DNA of 64,000 bases from Schmidtea polychroa (Eukaryota): the NCBI GenBank assembly GCA_044892525.1, contig CM097885.1:35528001-35592000 (forward strand), written 5' to 3'. The notes beneath the pieces were generated by a model, which made no database searches, was not told the DNA's origin, and saw only the letters and a list, made by a program, of their open reading frames with translations. This document shows, piece by piece, positions 49,620 to 64,000 of the stretch (positions are counted from its first letter, which is position 1; each line of letters opens with the position of its first letter). The position numbers and the translations under genes are program-made.

Positions 49620-51170
49620 AAACCAACAACTTAGTACCAACAACCAGTAACTTACGAACATATATTAACAACCAGATACCTACAACTAGTTACTAACAAC
49701 TAGTTACATGATACTAAGTAAATACAACCACCTAACAAGTACTAACAACCAAAAACAAGCAACCAACCAGGTACCAGTTACCAACTACTAAGTACCTACA
49801 ACCAACTAGTTACCTGATACCAAGTACTTACAACTAAATACTAACAACCAGTTACCTGATACCTAGTACTTAAAACTAGTTACTAACAACCAAAAACAAG
49901 CAACCAACTAGCTACCAAGTACTAACAATCAAAAACAACTAGCTAACAACTAGATACCAAGTACCTACAACCACCTACCTATTAACTAGCTACCAAGTAC
50001 TAACAACTAACAACAACCAGGTACTAGATACCAAGTACTAACAACCTACAACAACTAGGTACTAAGCATTATCAACCAAGTACCTAAAACCACCTAACAA
50101 GTACATACAACCAACATCAACCAGGTACCTACAACTAGATACTAACAAACAGTTACGAAGTACCTACAACCACCTACCCATTAACTAGCTACAACCAGCT
50201 AACAACTAACAACCAGATACCTACTACTTACAACCAACAACTAAGTACTAACAACCACCTAACAAGTACATACAACCAACATCAACCAAGTACCTAAAAC
50301 CACCTAACAAGTACATACAACCAACATCAACCAGGTACCTACAACTAGATACTAACAAACAGTTACGAAGTACCTACAACCATCTACCCATTAACCACCT
50401 AACAAGTACCTACAACCAACTACTAAGTACTAACAACCAAAAACAACCAACTAGGTACTAGATACCAAGTACTTACAACAAACATCAACCAAGTACTTAC
50501 TACCAACTACCAAGTACTTACAACTAGTTACTAACAACTAGTTACCTGCTACCAAGTACTTACAATTAGTTACTAACAACCAGTTACCTGATACCAAGTA
50601 CCTACAACCAACTACTAAGCATTAATTACCTACAACTAGTTACTAACAACTAGATACCAAGTACTTACAACCAACATCAACCAGGTACCAGTTACCAACT
50701 ACTAAGTACCTACAACCAACTAGTTACCTGATACCAAGTACTTACAACCAACATCAACCAGGTACTAAGCATCATCAACTAACTACTAAGTACCTACAAC
50801 CTACAACTAGATACTAAAAACCAGTTACCTGCTACCAAGTACTTACAACTAGTTACTAACAACCAACCAACTAGGTACTAGATACCAAGTACTAACAACC
50901 AACAACAACCAGGTACTAAGCATTATTAACCAACTAGAGTACCTACTAAGTACCTACAACCAACTAACAACCACCTACCAAGTACTAACAACCAGTTACC
51001 AACTACTAAGCATTAATTACATACAACTAGTTACTAACAACTAGATACCAAGTACATATAACCAACATCAACCAGGTACTAAGCATTATCAACCAAGTAC
51101 TAACAACCAAGTAACTTACCTAGTACTAAGCACTGTCAACTAGATACCAAACACTTACAACCAGATGACC
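49620..51170 (+). repeat. Strand-skewed C/A-rich scrambled minisatellite (ACTAACAACC, ACCAAGTAC, CTAGTTAC words), mirrored at ~60790-62340
   Basis: Direct reading. Confidence 0.9.
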
Positions 51171-51455
51171 ACATGAAATTATTGGTTAAATATGAAAATA
51201 AGGATTATATTTAGTTGTTTAGTAAATTATGGTGTAAAATTAAGAAATAAAGAATAATTAGGTAAATTAAGGATAAGTAAATTAAAGTTAAAAATTTTAA
51301 ATTAAAGAAAACAATGGTTCAAAATTTAAATTAAAGCTAAAGTAAGATTTTTAAATTTATTATCAAAAGATTGAATAACCACCAACTTTTTTGAGAAATG
51401 TAATTTATAATGAAAATTTAAATGGAAATTTAAATGGAATAATAATAATAATAAT

Positions 51456-51526
<71 letters not shown>

Positions 51527-54454
51527 TACTAATAATTCAACAGTTACCAACAATCGGTTACTGATTATTTTTTAACTAGGTGCTAACAAATACTTACACC
51601 ATGATACCACGTACTAACTAACTCTCAAACAACCAGATACTTACAACTAACTACTAAATATTCTTTATTGTATTTTATGAAATGCTTTTTAAATTAATTT
51701 TTTATCTATCTTCAAAAATATATTTAATTACAATCATTAGAAAAACCTTTTCAAATTTAACAAAAATGTTGATTTTCATCAAAAAACCACAACTCATCAC
51801 CACGTGGAATTCAAAATAATTTTAATTACAATGAAAGACTAATGAATTCTAATTTACAAAACATTCTTCTTTTAATTGATAACTTATTATTGCAAAGTAA
51901 AAATCGCATTCAATAAATACTTATTGTTGATCAGTTTTATTATATATACTCTGAGTTTATCCGACAGGATGTTTTGACCCCCTAAGGGTACAGGTCGTAA
52001 GGGTACTAGTCGTAAGGGTACTGGTCGTAAGGGTACTGGTCGTAAAGGTACTAGTCGTAAAGGTACTAGTCGTAGGGGTATTGATCACTCTCAATCCCCA
52101 CCTACTCATTAATTAGCTTCCATATACTAACCACTAGCTTTCAAACAACTAAATACTAAACACTTACAACCATGTACTAACAACCACCATCAAAACCCAT
52201 CGAGAAATTAACAAATATCAACCTACAACTAGATACTTACAACCAGATACCTGCTACCAAGTACCAAGTACTAACAACCAACTACTTACAACCAACAACT
52301 ATGTACTAACAAATTGATCTTTAAAAAGAAAAATACTCATCACTTGAAAAATTAGATGAAAAATTAATTGAACTCAAGGCACTTTTAAGATATTTGAACT
52401 CAAGGCATCAATAACTTGGTAAAAATTGATTAAATTATTGTAAAAATTTAAATTATTCAAAATATACTAAATTAAAAAAATATAATTAATGGACAAGAAA
52501 GAACTTTAAATTCTAGTCATTGATCATTCAAGTTAATATGAATCAACTAAGATAATAAATTAATAAGAATTTTGAAATAAGATCTAGTAGATAATTGATT
52601 TAGATTGAATAAATTAATTGAAATAAAATTAAATTTAATTATTTTTTTAAAAGTAATACATGTACTCAAATTGATTGACTGATTTCTCAATATATTCAAA
52701 AAATCAGTATAAATTCATTACAATTATCAAAGTCAGCAATCTACAATAAAAATAATTATCATTAAATTCCAAAAGAGACTAGATAACTAATGATAACATC
52801 TAACAAACCAGTAAATTCATTTAAATAATTGGTATATTCAAGCGAATTCTCTAATAAAATCATCTAAAAAGAATCATTTTCCCTGAAATATATCAATATT
52901 TAAAGATTGGTATTTTAATGATAAGTACTTGTTAAAGATCATATATTCACCTCGAACTAACAAGATTCCTTAAAATTCCTCAAATGACTATATTTCTACC
53001 CTTAATTCGTATTATTACAAATATTTCACTAAAATCATCTAAAAAGCATCAAATTTCCCTGAAATAACTATATCTTTAAAGATTAGTATTTTATCGATAA
53101 ATATCCTTAAAAGGTTATATATTTACCTCTGACTAATAAGATTGCTTTAATTCCTATTATCACGAATATTTCCTTATAAAACATGTAAAATCATTAACCC
53201 TAAAGAATTTATAAAATCTAATGACAAAACCGGTTATAATAAAATTTTTGTTAATCACTGTAAATTTTTGTAAATCACTGTACTCGAAATTTAAAATAAA
53301 TATAACTGACTAGGTCCCATTGAAAGATTAAATTTATCCATTCAATAAAATATATTTCTTCAAATGATCATTTTACCGATATTCAACCGATTTAATTACT
53401 AATTAAAATCAAGATTTCTTCCAATAAAGATCAATTTTATTTAGTCGATGTTTTAAGTCCATATTTCTCAACTTTTGTCGTTGTCCGTCTAAATAAAGAT
53501 AAAAATAATTTAAAGCTGATATCAATCCCAATTATCTGTAAAGTTTTCATCGTCAAAACCAAGTAAATCGATCATTATCCCTACTTAATAAAACATTGTT
53601 CTAAAATAATTTACTGTGCATTAATCACAACCTAATAAAACGATATAATTATTATTGATTCATAACTGACTAATGTATTGCAATTTCTCACATTAAATCT
53701 AACCGACTATATCCCCTTAAAAGATCATATTTTCCCCATCTTAACCGACCTCTCATTAAATCTAACCAACAATATCCCATCTTAACCGATCTCTCATTAA
53801 ATCTAACCGACTATATCCCTTTAAAAATCGTATATTCCCATCTTAACCCATCCCTCATTAAATTTAATAACCGACAATATCCCATCTTATCCGATCTCTC
53901 AGCAAATATTTCTACCCTTTTAAACATCTAACCGAATATATCCTTCAATTCTACCCACTTGAATCCTCCTTTAATTCAATTCAGTCTTAAAATCTTTAAA
54001 GAACTTCAAAAATATGACTTAATTGTTATAGACACCAAATATTCTTCCATTGAAATAATTTAGTAGCTATGTAGTAAGAGTTCACTAAAAGATCAAAAAT
54101 CAATATTTTCTACAAATATTTACCATCAAATACTGGAGATGATATATATTGATTGATCATAATTCTTCATCGATTCAACCAATTATTTTCAAGCAATAAC
54201 AGCAAACTAAATTTCTGTATATCCTACAATAATTATCAAGTAAATTTAAAGTCATTGATAAATATTCTTAGAAAATTATTGAAAAAAAATTATCTAGTCA
54301 AATATATTACAAAGTTATCATCAAAAATTTATTCTATCACTTAATTATTAACCTAATTGTCAATGAAATTAATTTTTATTTAAAAACTATTCAATAAAAT
54401 ACAACTAATTATCAAGAAATTAATTAAATTTATCATAGAACTAACTTTAAACAT

Positions 54455-54740
54455 GAAATTCACAAAAAACGATAAAAATTCACAAGAATGATAGAAATTC
54501 ACAAAAAACGATAAAAATTCACAAGAATGATAGAAATTCACAAGAATGATAAAAATTCACAAGAATGATAGAAATTCACAAGAATGATAAAAATCCACAA
54601 GAATAATAGAAATTCACAAGAATGATAGAAATTCATAAAAATGATAGAAATTCACAAAAAAGATAGACAATTACAAAAATAATGGAAATTCACAAAAATG
54701 ATAGAAATTCATAAAAATGATAGAAATCCGCGAAAATGAT
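54455..54740 (+). repeat. ~21-bp tandem repeat AATTCACAAGAATGATAGAA, mirrored at ~57220-57505
   Basis: Direct reading. Confidence 0.9.
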
Positions 54741-56429
54741 AGCAATTTACTTGAATATTTACTAAAACCATCAACTCTAAAAATTATCAATGAGTGCCTT
54801 AAAGAACAAATTTGTCTAAATAATCATTCAAATAAAAGCATTAAATACCTTTACGACTAATACTATTACGACATGTTGAATGTGAGTAGTACCCTTGTGA
54901 GCAATACCCATAGGGGGACAGAATATTTTGTCGGATAAACTCCGAGTATATATTAATTAACTCATTCTTCATTGAATCAGTAAAATTATCATAAATTTCG
55001 ATAAAAATTCTAAAGTGGTAAGCAATGAAAAGACAATTATTCTTTAAACTTTGATAAAATTAACAATGGTGGTAAGAATCTTCATTAAAGTGAGGAAATT
55101 ACTCGATGATAAATTCAAATGGGTGAAAATAATTGGTAGAATAATTCATTAATGGATCATTGAATGGGCATAGATAAGATGAAGGTTGATAAGAATGGAT
55201 GTATTGCAACTATTTTCTAAAAATTAACACTTTAATTAAAAAAAAACTTTTAAAACAAATATTTGTGGGGATGTTTTAAGTGAATAATTAATCAAAATCG
55301 GCGGAATATAAATAGAAAATCGGGGTGGGGGTTATAGGCGAATAATTAATGGAAATTCGAGGGGATATAAGTGAATAATTAATGGAGAATCGGGGGAATA
55401 TAGGAGATTAAATAGTGGGATAATGAGAATCGGTGGAATATAAGTGAGAAGGATATGTAATTTAAACTATTTTATTACGTAACAAGCCGCGACTAATTTA
55501 TTACATAACAAGCTGTGGATGGTATTTTATTGAGAATTATTGATTAGGTCTTTTTTTTTTTAATTTTTGAATAGGTACTTTAATACCTTAATAATTTAAA
55601 TGTTTTGATTTACACTAAATAATTTCTAAATCAATTACCCTTTTCAATCAAAATAAGTTAATATTCAAATATAAGTCTTAGAAAATATAAATTTTATAAG
55701 TAAAGCTTTTTTAAATAAATGTAAATAAGAAATTAATTTATTACCAGTTATATACTTTAAAACTTTTTTATGGAATAAGACAAAAATTTTGTTGTATGAG
55801 TCCTTTAATATTGTAATAATTATTTATTAATAAATTTATTATTCTACACTAAATATTTCAAAAACAATTATCATATTATTAATTATATTACTCCTTTCAA
55901 TAAAAATAAGATAAATATTCAAATAAATATCTTATAAAATACAATTAAAATTAAATTCTTTACACTAAATTTAAAAATATAAGTTTCATAAGAAAATGTG
56001 AATAAGAAATTGATTTATTAACAGTTATAGACTTTTTAAACTTAATGATGGAATTAGGTAATAGAAAGTAATTTTTCTTTTTAAAAAGTCCTTTAATATT
56101 GTATTCTATTCATTATTAAATTTACTATTTTACACTAAAATATTTTAATTTAGAAAAAAAAATCATCATAATATTGAATATAATACTTCAATCAAAATAA
56201 GTTAATACTCAAATATATGTCTTATAAAATACAATCAAAATTAAATATTTCACTAAATTTTAAGTAAAGTTTTTTAAATTTTCAGATAAATGTTAACAAG
56301 ATATTAATTTATTAATCATTATAGACTTTTTATACTTATTATTGGTATTAAACAATAGAATGATATTGAAAATATATACAATTTAAAAAATACAATTAAA
56401 ATTAAAATTATATACCATGTATAATGTTG

Positions 56430-59400
56430 ATAAAATATCATTCACAGCTTGTTATGTAATAAATTAGTCGCGGCTTGTTACGTAATAAAATAGTTTAAAA
56501 ACATATCCTTCTCACTTATATTCCACCGATTCTCATTATCCCACTATTTAATCTCCTATATTCCCCCGATTCTCCATTAATTATTCACTTATATCCCCTC
56601 GAATTTCCATTAATTATTCGCCTATAACCCCCACCCCGATTTTCTATTTATATTCCGCCGATTTTGATTAATTATTCACTTAAAACATCCCCACAAATAT
56701 TTGTTTTAAAAGTTTTTTTTTTAATTAAAGTGTTAATTTTTAGAAAATAGTTGCAATACATCCATTCTTATCAACCTTCATCTTATCTATGCCCATTCAA
56801 TGATCCATTAATGAATTATTCTACCAATTATTTTCACCCATTTGAATTTATCATCGAGTAATTTCCTCACTTTAATGAAGATTCTTACCACCATTGTTAA
56901 TTTTATCAAAGTTTAAAGAATAATTGTCTTTTCATTGCTTACCACTTTAGAATTTTTATCGAAATTTATGATAATTTTACTGATTCAATGAAGAATGAGT
57001 TAATTAATATATACTCGGAGTTTATCCGACAAAATATTCTGTCCCCCTATGGGTATTGCTCACAAGGGTACTACTCACATTCAACATGTCGTAATAGTAT
57101 TAGTCGTAAAGGTATTTAATGCTTTTATTTGAATGATTATTTAGACAAATTTGTTCTTTAAGGCACTCATTGATAATTTTTAGAGTTGATGGTTTTAGTA
57201 AATATTCAAGTAAATTGCTATCATTTTCGCGGATTTCTATCATTTTTATGAATTTCTATCATTTTTGTGAATTTCCATTATTTTTGTAATTGTCTATCTT
57301 TTTTGTGAATTTCTATCATTTTTATGAATTTCTATCATTCTTGTGAATTTCTATTATTCTTGTGGATTTTTATCATTCTTGTGAATTTCTATCATTCTTG
57401 TGAATTTTTATCATTCTTGTGAATTTCTATCATTCTTGTGAATTTTTATCGTTTTTTGTGAATTTCTATCATTCTTGTGAATTTTTATCGTTTTTTGTGA
57501 ATTTCATGTTTAAAGTTAGTTCTATGATAAATTTAATTAATTTCTTGATAATTAGTTGTATTTTATTGAATAGTTTTTAAATAAAAATTAATTTCATTGA
57601 CAATTAGGTTAATAATTAAGTGATAGAATAAATTTTTGATGATAACTTTGTAATATATTTGACTAGATAATTTTTTTTCAATAATTTTCTAAGAATATTT
57701 ATCAATGACTTTAAATTTACTTGATAATTATTGTAGGATATACAGAAATTTAGTTTGCTGTTATTGCTTGAAAATAATTGGTTGAATCGATGAAGAATTA
57801 TGATCAATCAATATATATCATCTCCAGTATTTGATGGTAAATATTTGTAGAAAATATTGATTTTTGATCTTTTAGTGAACTCTTACTACATAGCTACTAA
57901 ATTATTTCAATGGAAGAATATTTGGTGTCTATAACAATTAAGTCATATTTTTGAAGTTCTTTAAAGATTTTAAGACTGAATTGAATTAAAGGAGGATTCA
58001 AGTGGGTAGAATTGAAGGATATATTCGGTTAGATGTTTAAAAGGGTAGAAATATTTGCTGAGAGATCGGATAAGATGGGATATTGTCGGTTATTAAATTT
58101 AATGAGGGATGGGTTAAGATGGGAATATACGATTTTTAAAGGGATATAGTCGGTTAGATTTAATGAGAGATCGGTTAAGATGGGATATTGTTGGTTAGAT
58201 TTAATGAGAGGTCGGTTAAGATGGGGAAAATATGATCTTTTAAGGGGATATAGTCGGTTAGATTTAATGTGAGAAATTGCAATACATTAGTCAGTTATGA
58301 ATCAATAATAATTATATCGTTTTATTAGGTTGTGATTAATGCACAGTAAATTATTTTAGAACAATGTTTTATTAAGTAGGGATAATGATCGATTTACTTG
58401 GTTTTGACGATGAAAACTTTACAGATAATTGGGATTGATATCAGCTTTAAATTATTTTTATCTTTATTTAGACGGACAACGACAAAAGTTGAGAAATATG
58501 GACTTAAAACATCGACTAAATAAAATTGATCTTTATTGGAAGAAATCTTGATTTTAATTAGTAATTAAATCGGTTGAATATCGGTAAAATGATCATTTGA
58601 AGAAATATATTTTATTGAATGGATAAATTTAATCTTTCAATGGGACCTAGTCAGTTATATTTATTTTAAATTTCGAGTACAGTGATTTACAAAAATTTAC
58701 AGTGATTAACAAAAATTTTATTATAACCGGTTTTGTCATTAGATTTTATAAATTCTTTAGGGTTAATGATTTTACATGTTTTATAAGGAAATATTCGTGA
58801 TAATAGGAATTAAAGCAATCTTATTAGTCAGAGGTAAATATATAACCTTTTAAGGATATTTATCGATAAAATACTAATCTTTAAAGATATAGTTATTTCA
58901 GGGAAATTTGATGCTTTTTAGATGATTTTAGTGAAATATTTGTAATAATACGAATTAAGGGTAGAAATATAGTCATTTGAGGAATTTTAAGGAATCTTGT
59001 TAGTTCGAGGTGAATATATGATCTTTAACAAGTACTTATCATTAAAATACCAATCTTTAAATATTGATATATTTCAGGGAAAATGATTCTTTTTAGATGA
59101 TTTTATTAGAGAATTCGCTTGAATATACCAATTATTTAAATGAATTTACTGGTTTGTTAGATGTTATCATTAGTTATCTAGTCTCTTTTGGAATTTAATG
59201 ATAATTATTTTTATTGTAGATTGCTGACTTTGATAATTGTAATGAATTTATACTGATTTTTTGAATATATTGAGAAATCAGTCAATCAATTTGAGTACAT
59301 GTATTACTTTTAAAAAAATAATTAAATTTAATTTTATTTAAATTAATTTATTCAATCTAAATCAATTATCTACTAGATCTTATTTCAAAATTCTTATTAA

Positions 59401-60433
59401 TTTATTATCTTAGTTGATTCATATTAACTTGAATGATCAATGACTAGAATTTAAAGTTCTTTCTTGTCCATTAATTATATTTTTTTAATTTAGTATATTT
59501 TGAATAATTTAAATTTTTACAATAATTTAATCAATTTTTACCAAGTTATTGATGCCTTGAGTTCAAATATCTTAAAAGTGCCTTGAGTTCAATTAATTTT
59601 TCATCTAATTTTTCAAGTGATGAGTATTTTTCTTTTTAAAGATCAATTTGTTAGTACATAGTTGTTGGTTGTAAGTAGTTGGTTGTTAGTACTTGGTACT
59701 TGGTAGCAGGTATCTGGTTGTAAGTATCTAGTTGTAGGTTGATATTTGTTAATTTCTCGATGGGTTTTGATGGTGGTTGTTAGTACATGGTTGTAAGTGT
59801 TTAGTATTTAGTTGTTTGAAAGCTAGTGGTTAGTATATGGAAGCTAATTAATGAGTAGGTGGGGATTGAGAGTGATCAATACCCCTACGACTAGTACCTT
59901 TACGACTAGTACCTTTACGACCAGTACCCTTACGACCAGTACCCTTACGACTAGTACCCTTACGACCTGTACCCTTAGGGGGTCAAAACATCCTGTCGGA
60001 TAAACTCAGAGTATATATAATAAAACTGATCAACAATAAGTATTTATTGAATGCGATTTTTACTTTGCAATAATAAGTTATCAATTAAAAGAAGAATGTT
60101 TTGTAAATTAGAATTCATTAGTCTTTCATTGTAATTAAAATTATTTTGAATTCCACGTGGTGATGAGTTGTGGTTTTTTGATGAAAATCAACATTTTTGT
60201 TAAATTTGAAAAGGTTTTTCTAATGATTGTAATTAAATATATTTTTGAAGATAGATAAAAAATTAATTTAAAAAGCATTTCATAAAATACAATAAAGAAT
60301 ATTTAGTAGTTAGTTGTAAGTATCTGGTTGTTTGAGAGTTAGTTAGTACGTGGTATCATGGTGTAAGTATTTGTTAGCACCTAGTTAAAAAATAATCAGT
60401 AACCGATTGTTGGTAACTGTTGAATTATTAGTA

Positions 60434-60504
<71 letters not shown>

Positions 60505-63500
60505 ATTATTATTATTATTATTCCATTTAAATTTCCATTTAAATTTTCATTATAAATTACATTTCTCAAAAAAGTTGGTGGTTATTCAATCTTTTGATAA
60601 TAAATTTAAAAATCTTACTTTAGCTTTAATTTAAATTTTGAACCATTGTTTTCTTTAATTTAAAATTTTTAACTTTAATTTACTTATCCTTAATTTACCT
60701 AATTATTCTTTATTTCTTAATTTTACACCATAATTTACTAAACAACTAAATATAATCCTTATTTTCATATTTAACCAATAATTTCATGTGGTCATCTGGT
60801 TGTAAGTGTTTGGTATCTAGTTGACAGTGCTTAGTACTAGGTAAGTTACTTGGTTGTTAGTACTTGGTTGATAATGCTTAGTACCTGGTTGATGTTGGTT
60901 ATATGTACTTGGTATCTAGTTGTTAGTAACTAGTTGTATGTAATTAATGCTTAGTAGTTGGTAACTGGTTGTTAGTACTTGGTAGGTGGTTGTTAGTTGG
61001 TTGTAGGTACTTAGTAGGTACTCTAGTTGGTTAATAATGCTTAGTACCTGGTTGTTGTTGGTTGTTAGTACTTGGTATCTAGTACCTAGTTGGTTGGTTG
61101 TTAGTAACTAGTTGTAAGTATTTGGTAGCAGGTAACTGGTTTTTAGTATCTAGTTGTAGGTTGTAGGTACTTAGTAGTTAGTTGATGATGCTTAGTACCT
61201 GGTTGATGTTGGTTGTAAGTACTTGGTATCAGGTAACTAGTTGGTTGTAGGTACTTAGTAGTTGGTAACTGGTACCTGGTTGATGTTGGTTGTAAGTACT
61301 TGGTATCTAGTTGTTAGTAACTAGTTGTAGGTAATTAATGCTTAGTAGTTGGTTGTAGGTACTTGGTATCAGGTAACTGGTTGTTAGTAACTAATTGTAA
61401 GTACTTGGTAGCAGGTAACTAGTTGTTAGTAACTAGTTGTAAGTACTTGGTAGTTGGTAGTAAGTACTTGGTTGATGTTTGTTGTAAGTACTTGGTATCT
61501 AGTACCTAGTTGGTTGTTTTTGGTTGTTAGTACTTAGTAGTTGGTTGTAGGTACTTGTTAGGTGGTTAATGGGTAGATGGTTGTAGGTACTTCGTAACTG
61601 TTTGTTAGTATCTAGTTGTAGGTACCTGGTTGATGTTGGTTGTATGTACTTGTTAGGTGGTTTTAGGTACTTGGTTGATGTTGGTTGTATGTACTTGTTA
61701 GGTGGTTGTTAGTACTTAGTTGTTGGTTGTAAGTAGTAGGTATCTGGTTGTTAGTTGTTAGCTGGTTGTAGCTAGTTAATGGGTAGGTGGTTGTAGGTAC
61801 TTCGTAACTGTTTGTTAGTATCTAGTTGTAGGTACCTGGTTGATGTTGGTTGTATGTACTTGTTAGGTGGTTTTAGGTACTTGGTTGATAATGCTTAGTA
61901 CCTAGTTGTTGTAGGTTGTTAGTACTTGGTATCTAGTACCTGGTTGTTGTTAGTTGTTAGTACTTGGTAGCTAGTTAATAGGTAGGTGGTTGTAGGTACT
62001 TGGTATCTAGTTGTTAGCTAGTTGTTTTTGATTGTTAGTACTTGGTAGCTAGTTGGTTGCTTGTTTTTGGTTGTTAGTAACTAGTTTTAAGTACTAGGTA
62101 TCAGGTAACTGGTTGTTAGTATTTAGTTGTAAGTACTTGGTATCAGGTAACTAGTTGGTTGTAGGTACTTAGTAGTTGGTAACTGGTACCTGGTTGGTTG
62201 CTTGTTTTTGGTTGTTAGTACTTGTTAGGTGGTTGTATTTACTTAGTATCATGTAACTAGTTGTTAGTAACTAGTTGTAGGTATCTGGTTGTTAATATAT
62301 GTTCGTAAGTTACTGGTTGTTGGTACTAAGTTGTTGGTTTGTTGTTGAATTATTATTAAAATTTGTCTTTGATAAATATGTCATAAAAATTTTCATTAAA
62401 AATTATCTTAAAAATTTCCATCTAAAATTATCATTGAAAAATATTTCATAAAAATTTACATTAAAAATTACTTAAAAAATTATTCCATAAAAATTTCCAT
62501 TAAAAATTACCATTGAAAAATATTTCATTAAAATTTCTATTAAAAATTACTTAAAAATTATTTCATAAAAATTTTCATTAAAAAATTTCAATTCTCAAAC
62601 ACCTTCTATTATTTTGTAATTAAATTTTAAAATCTTACTTTAATTTACTTATTTAAAATTTTTTACCATTGATTACTTAATTTAAAAATTATTACTTTAA
62701 TTTACTTATTTAAAATTTTTTACCATTGATTACTTAATTTAAAAATTTGGACCATTATTTACTGTAATTTAATTTTTAAGAACTTAAATTTACTTTAATT
62801 TAAAAATTTGGACCATTATTTACTTTAATTGAAAAATCTGGACCATAATTTACTGTAATTTAATATTTTAGAACCATAATTTACTTTAATTTAATTTTTA
62901 GAACCATTATTTACTGTAATTTAATTTTTAGACCCATAATTTACTGTATTTGAAAAATTTGAACCATTGTTTTTTTTAATTTAAAATTTTTGACCATAAT
63001 TTACTGTAATTTAATTTTTTAGGACCATAATTTACTGTAATTTAAAAATTTGAGCCATAATTTACTATAATTTAATTTTTAGGACCATAATTTACTTTAA
63101 TTTAATTTTTAGGACCATTATTTACTTTAATTGAAAAATTTACCACGTTTTTAGTGTAGACCACCTATTTCTCAGGACCAAGGAGACTCACCTCACTATA
63201 GTCTGAAAAATCCTTGGCTTTTTTAGTGTAGACCAGCTTTTTGTATTGAAAATATCCCGAGACCTTAAATTACCATGCTTTTTTAGTGTAGACCACCTAT
63301 TTCTCAGGACCAAGGAGACTCACCTCACTATAGTCTGAAAAATCCTTGGCTTTTTTATTGGTAGTAGGATTTTTGTATTGAAAATCCCAGGACCATCGAG
63401 ACCCTTTCACTATAGCGTGAAAATTCCATGCTTTTTAGTGGTAGTCGGATTTTTGTATAGAAATTTTTTTTTTGTATTGAAAATCCCAGGACCATTGTTT

Positions 63501-63806
63501 TTGTATAGAAAAAATTTTTTTGTATTGAAAATCCCAGGACCATCGAGACCTCCTCACTATAGTCTGAAAATTCCTTGGCTTTTTTAGTGTAGACCAGCTT
63601 TTTGTATTGAAAAAAATTTTTTGTATTGAAAATCCCAGGACCATCGAGACCCCCTCACTATAGTGTGATAAAAAAATAATTTGGACCAAAAATCCCTGAA
63701 AGCAAAAAATGTGAGTTGGAACAATTGCGTAATAAAAAGTTGGAACAATTTTACCCCCCCCCCCCTGGGGGGGGTAATTGTTCCAGTGGGCTACTATCTA
63801 CCTACT
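56430..63806 (-). repeat. Right arm (~7.4 kb) of D
   Basis: Reverse complement of 48150-55530. Confidence 0.96.
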
Positions 63807-63822
63807 AAAATAATATAAAAAT

Positions 63823-63999
63823 TCATTTTACTAGGTCTTTTGACGATATCCATGACGGGTTTTGATAACCGTGCCATTTGATATAGTATTGTTTATCCTT
63901 ACCGACCTTTTTAGTTTTCAATATTTTTTGAATTCTAAATACTTTTGGGGGAGGAATGACTTGTAATTCCTGCTCATAAAATTTCCCCTGTACAATATT
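63823..63999 (-). CDS. C-terminus of the Polinton integrase of A, with chromodomain (rest outside window)
   Basis: Manual translation NIVQGKFYEQELQVIPPPKVFRIQKILKTKKVGKDKQYYIKWHGYQNPSWISSKDLVK*; its TGA overlaps the minor capsid ATG (ATGA). Confidence 0.88.
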   Translation of the reverse strand, partial: NIVQGKFYEQELQVIPPPKVFRIQKILKTKKVGKDKQYYIKWHGYQNPSWISSKDLVK

Positions 64000-64000
64000 A

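Larger units (their letters stand above)
48150..55530 (+). repeat. Left arm (~7.4 kb) of D
   Basis: Near-identical reverse complement of 56430-63806; mirrored ORFs in the track. Confidence 0.96.
48150..63806. mobile_element. Element D: 15,657-bp non-coding foldback element with Polinton-type termini
   Basis: Termini AGTAGGTAGATAGTAGCCC / GGGCTACTATCTACCTACT; TSD AAAATA (48144-48149 and 63807-63812); no credible ORF. Confidence 0.95.

Noticed and set aside
48150..63806. Giant palindrome as a long-read foldback artefact
   Set aside because: It has an exact TSD, a unique 0.9-kb spacer, a few arm differences, in-frame rejoining of the interrupted gene and an independent relative (E). Read-level confirmation is still advisable.

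Overview
AT-rich eukaryotic DNA made almost entirely of nested Polinton/Maverick (adintovirus-like) elements; no host gene is recognisable. AGTAG termini and 6-bp target-site duplications (TSDs) resolve six elements. X (<1-4048) is the 3' end of a Polinton with a decayed protein-primed PolB (pPolB). C (7816-15866) apparently carries only an intact, spliced pPolB between diverged inverted repeats. E (15867-20159) is non-coding and inserted in C. A (20160->64000) is a full Polinton inserted in E, encoding RING, pPolB, protease, major capsid, core, minor capsid and a chromodomain integrase. B (25935-41165, TSD AATTTG) is a complete 15.2-kb Polinton of another lineage inserted in the pPolB of A. 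D (48150-63806, TSD AAAATA) is a 15.7-kb non-coding foldback element with two ~7.4-kb inverted arms, inserted in the minor capsid gene of A. hAT and Penelope relics and a piggyBac-type MITE are also present. Main candidates for novelty: a possible helper/satellite hierarchy (full Polinton, pPolB-only element, genome-sized palindromes sharing a ~95-bp cis motif); spliceosomal introns in the pPolB and protease genes; three tRNA-like Pol III genes and a GAAA-hairpin region in B; nested termini within the TIRs of B; and a dense TCAAGGTCA/TGACTCA array in A. All calls were made by eye from motifs; no searches were run.
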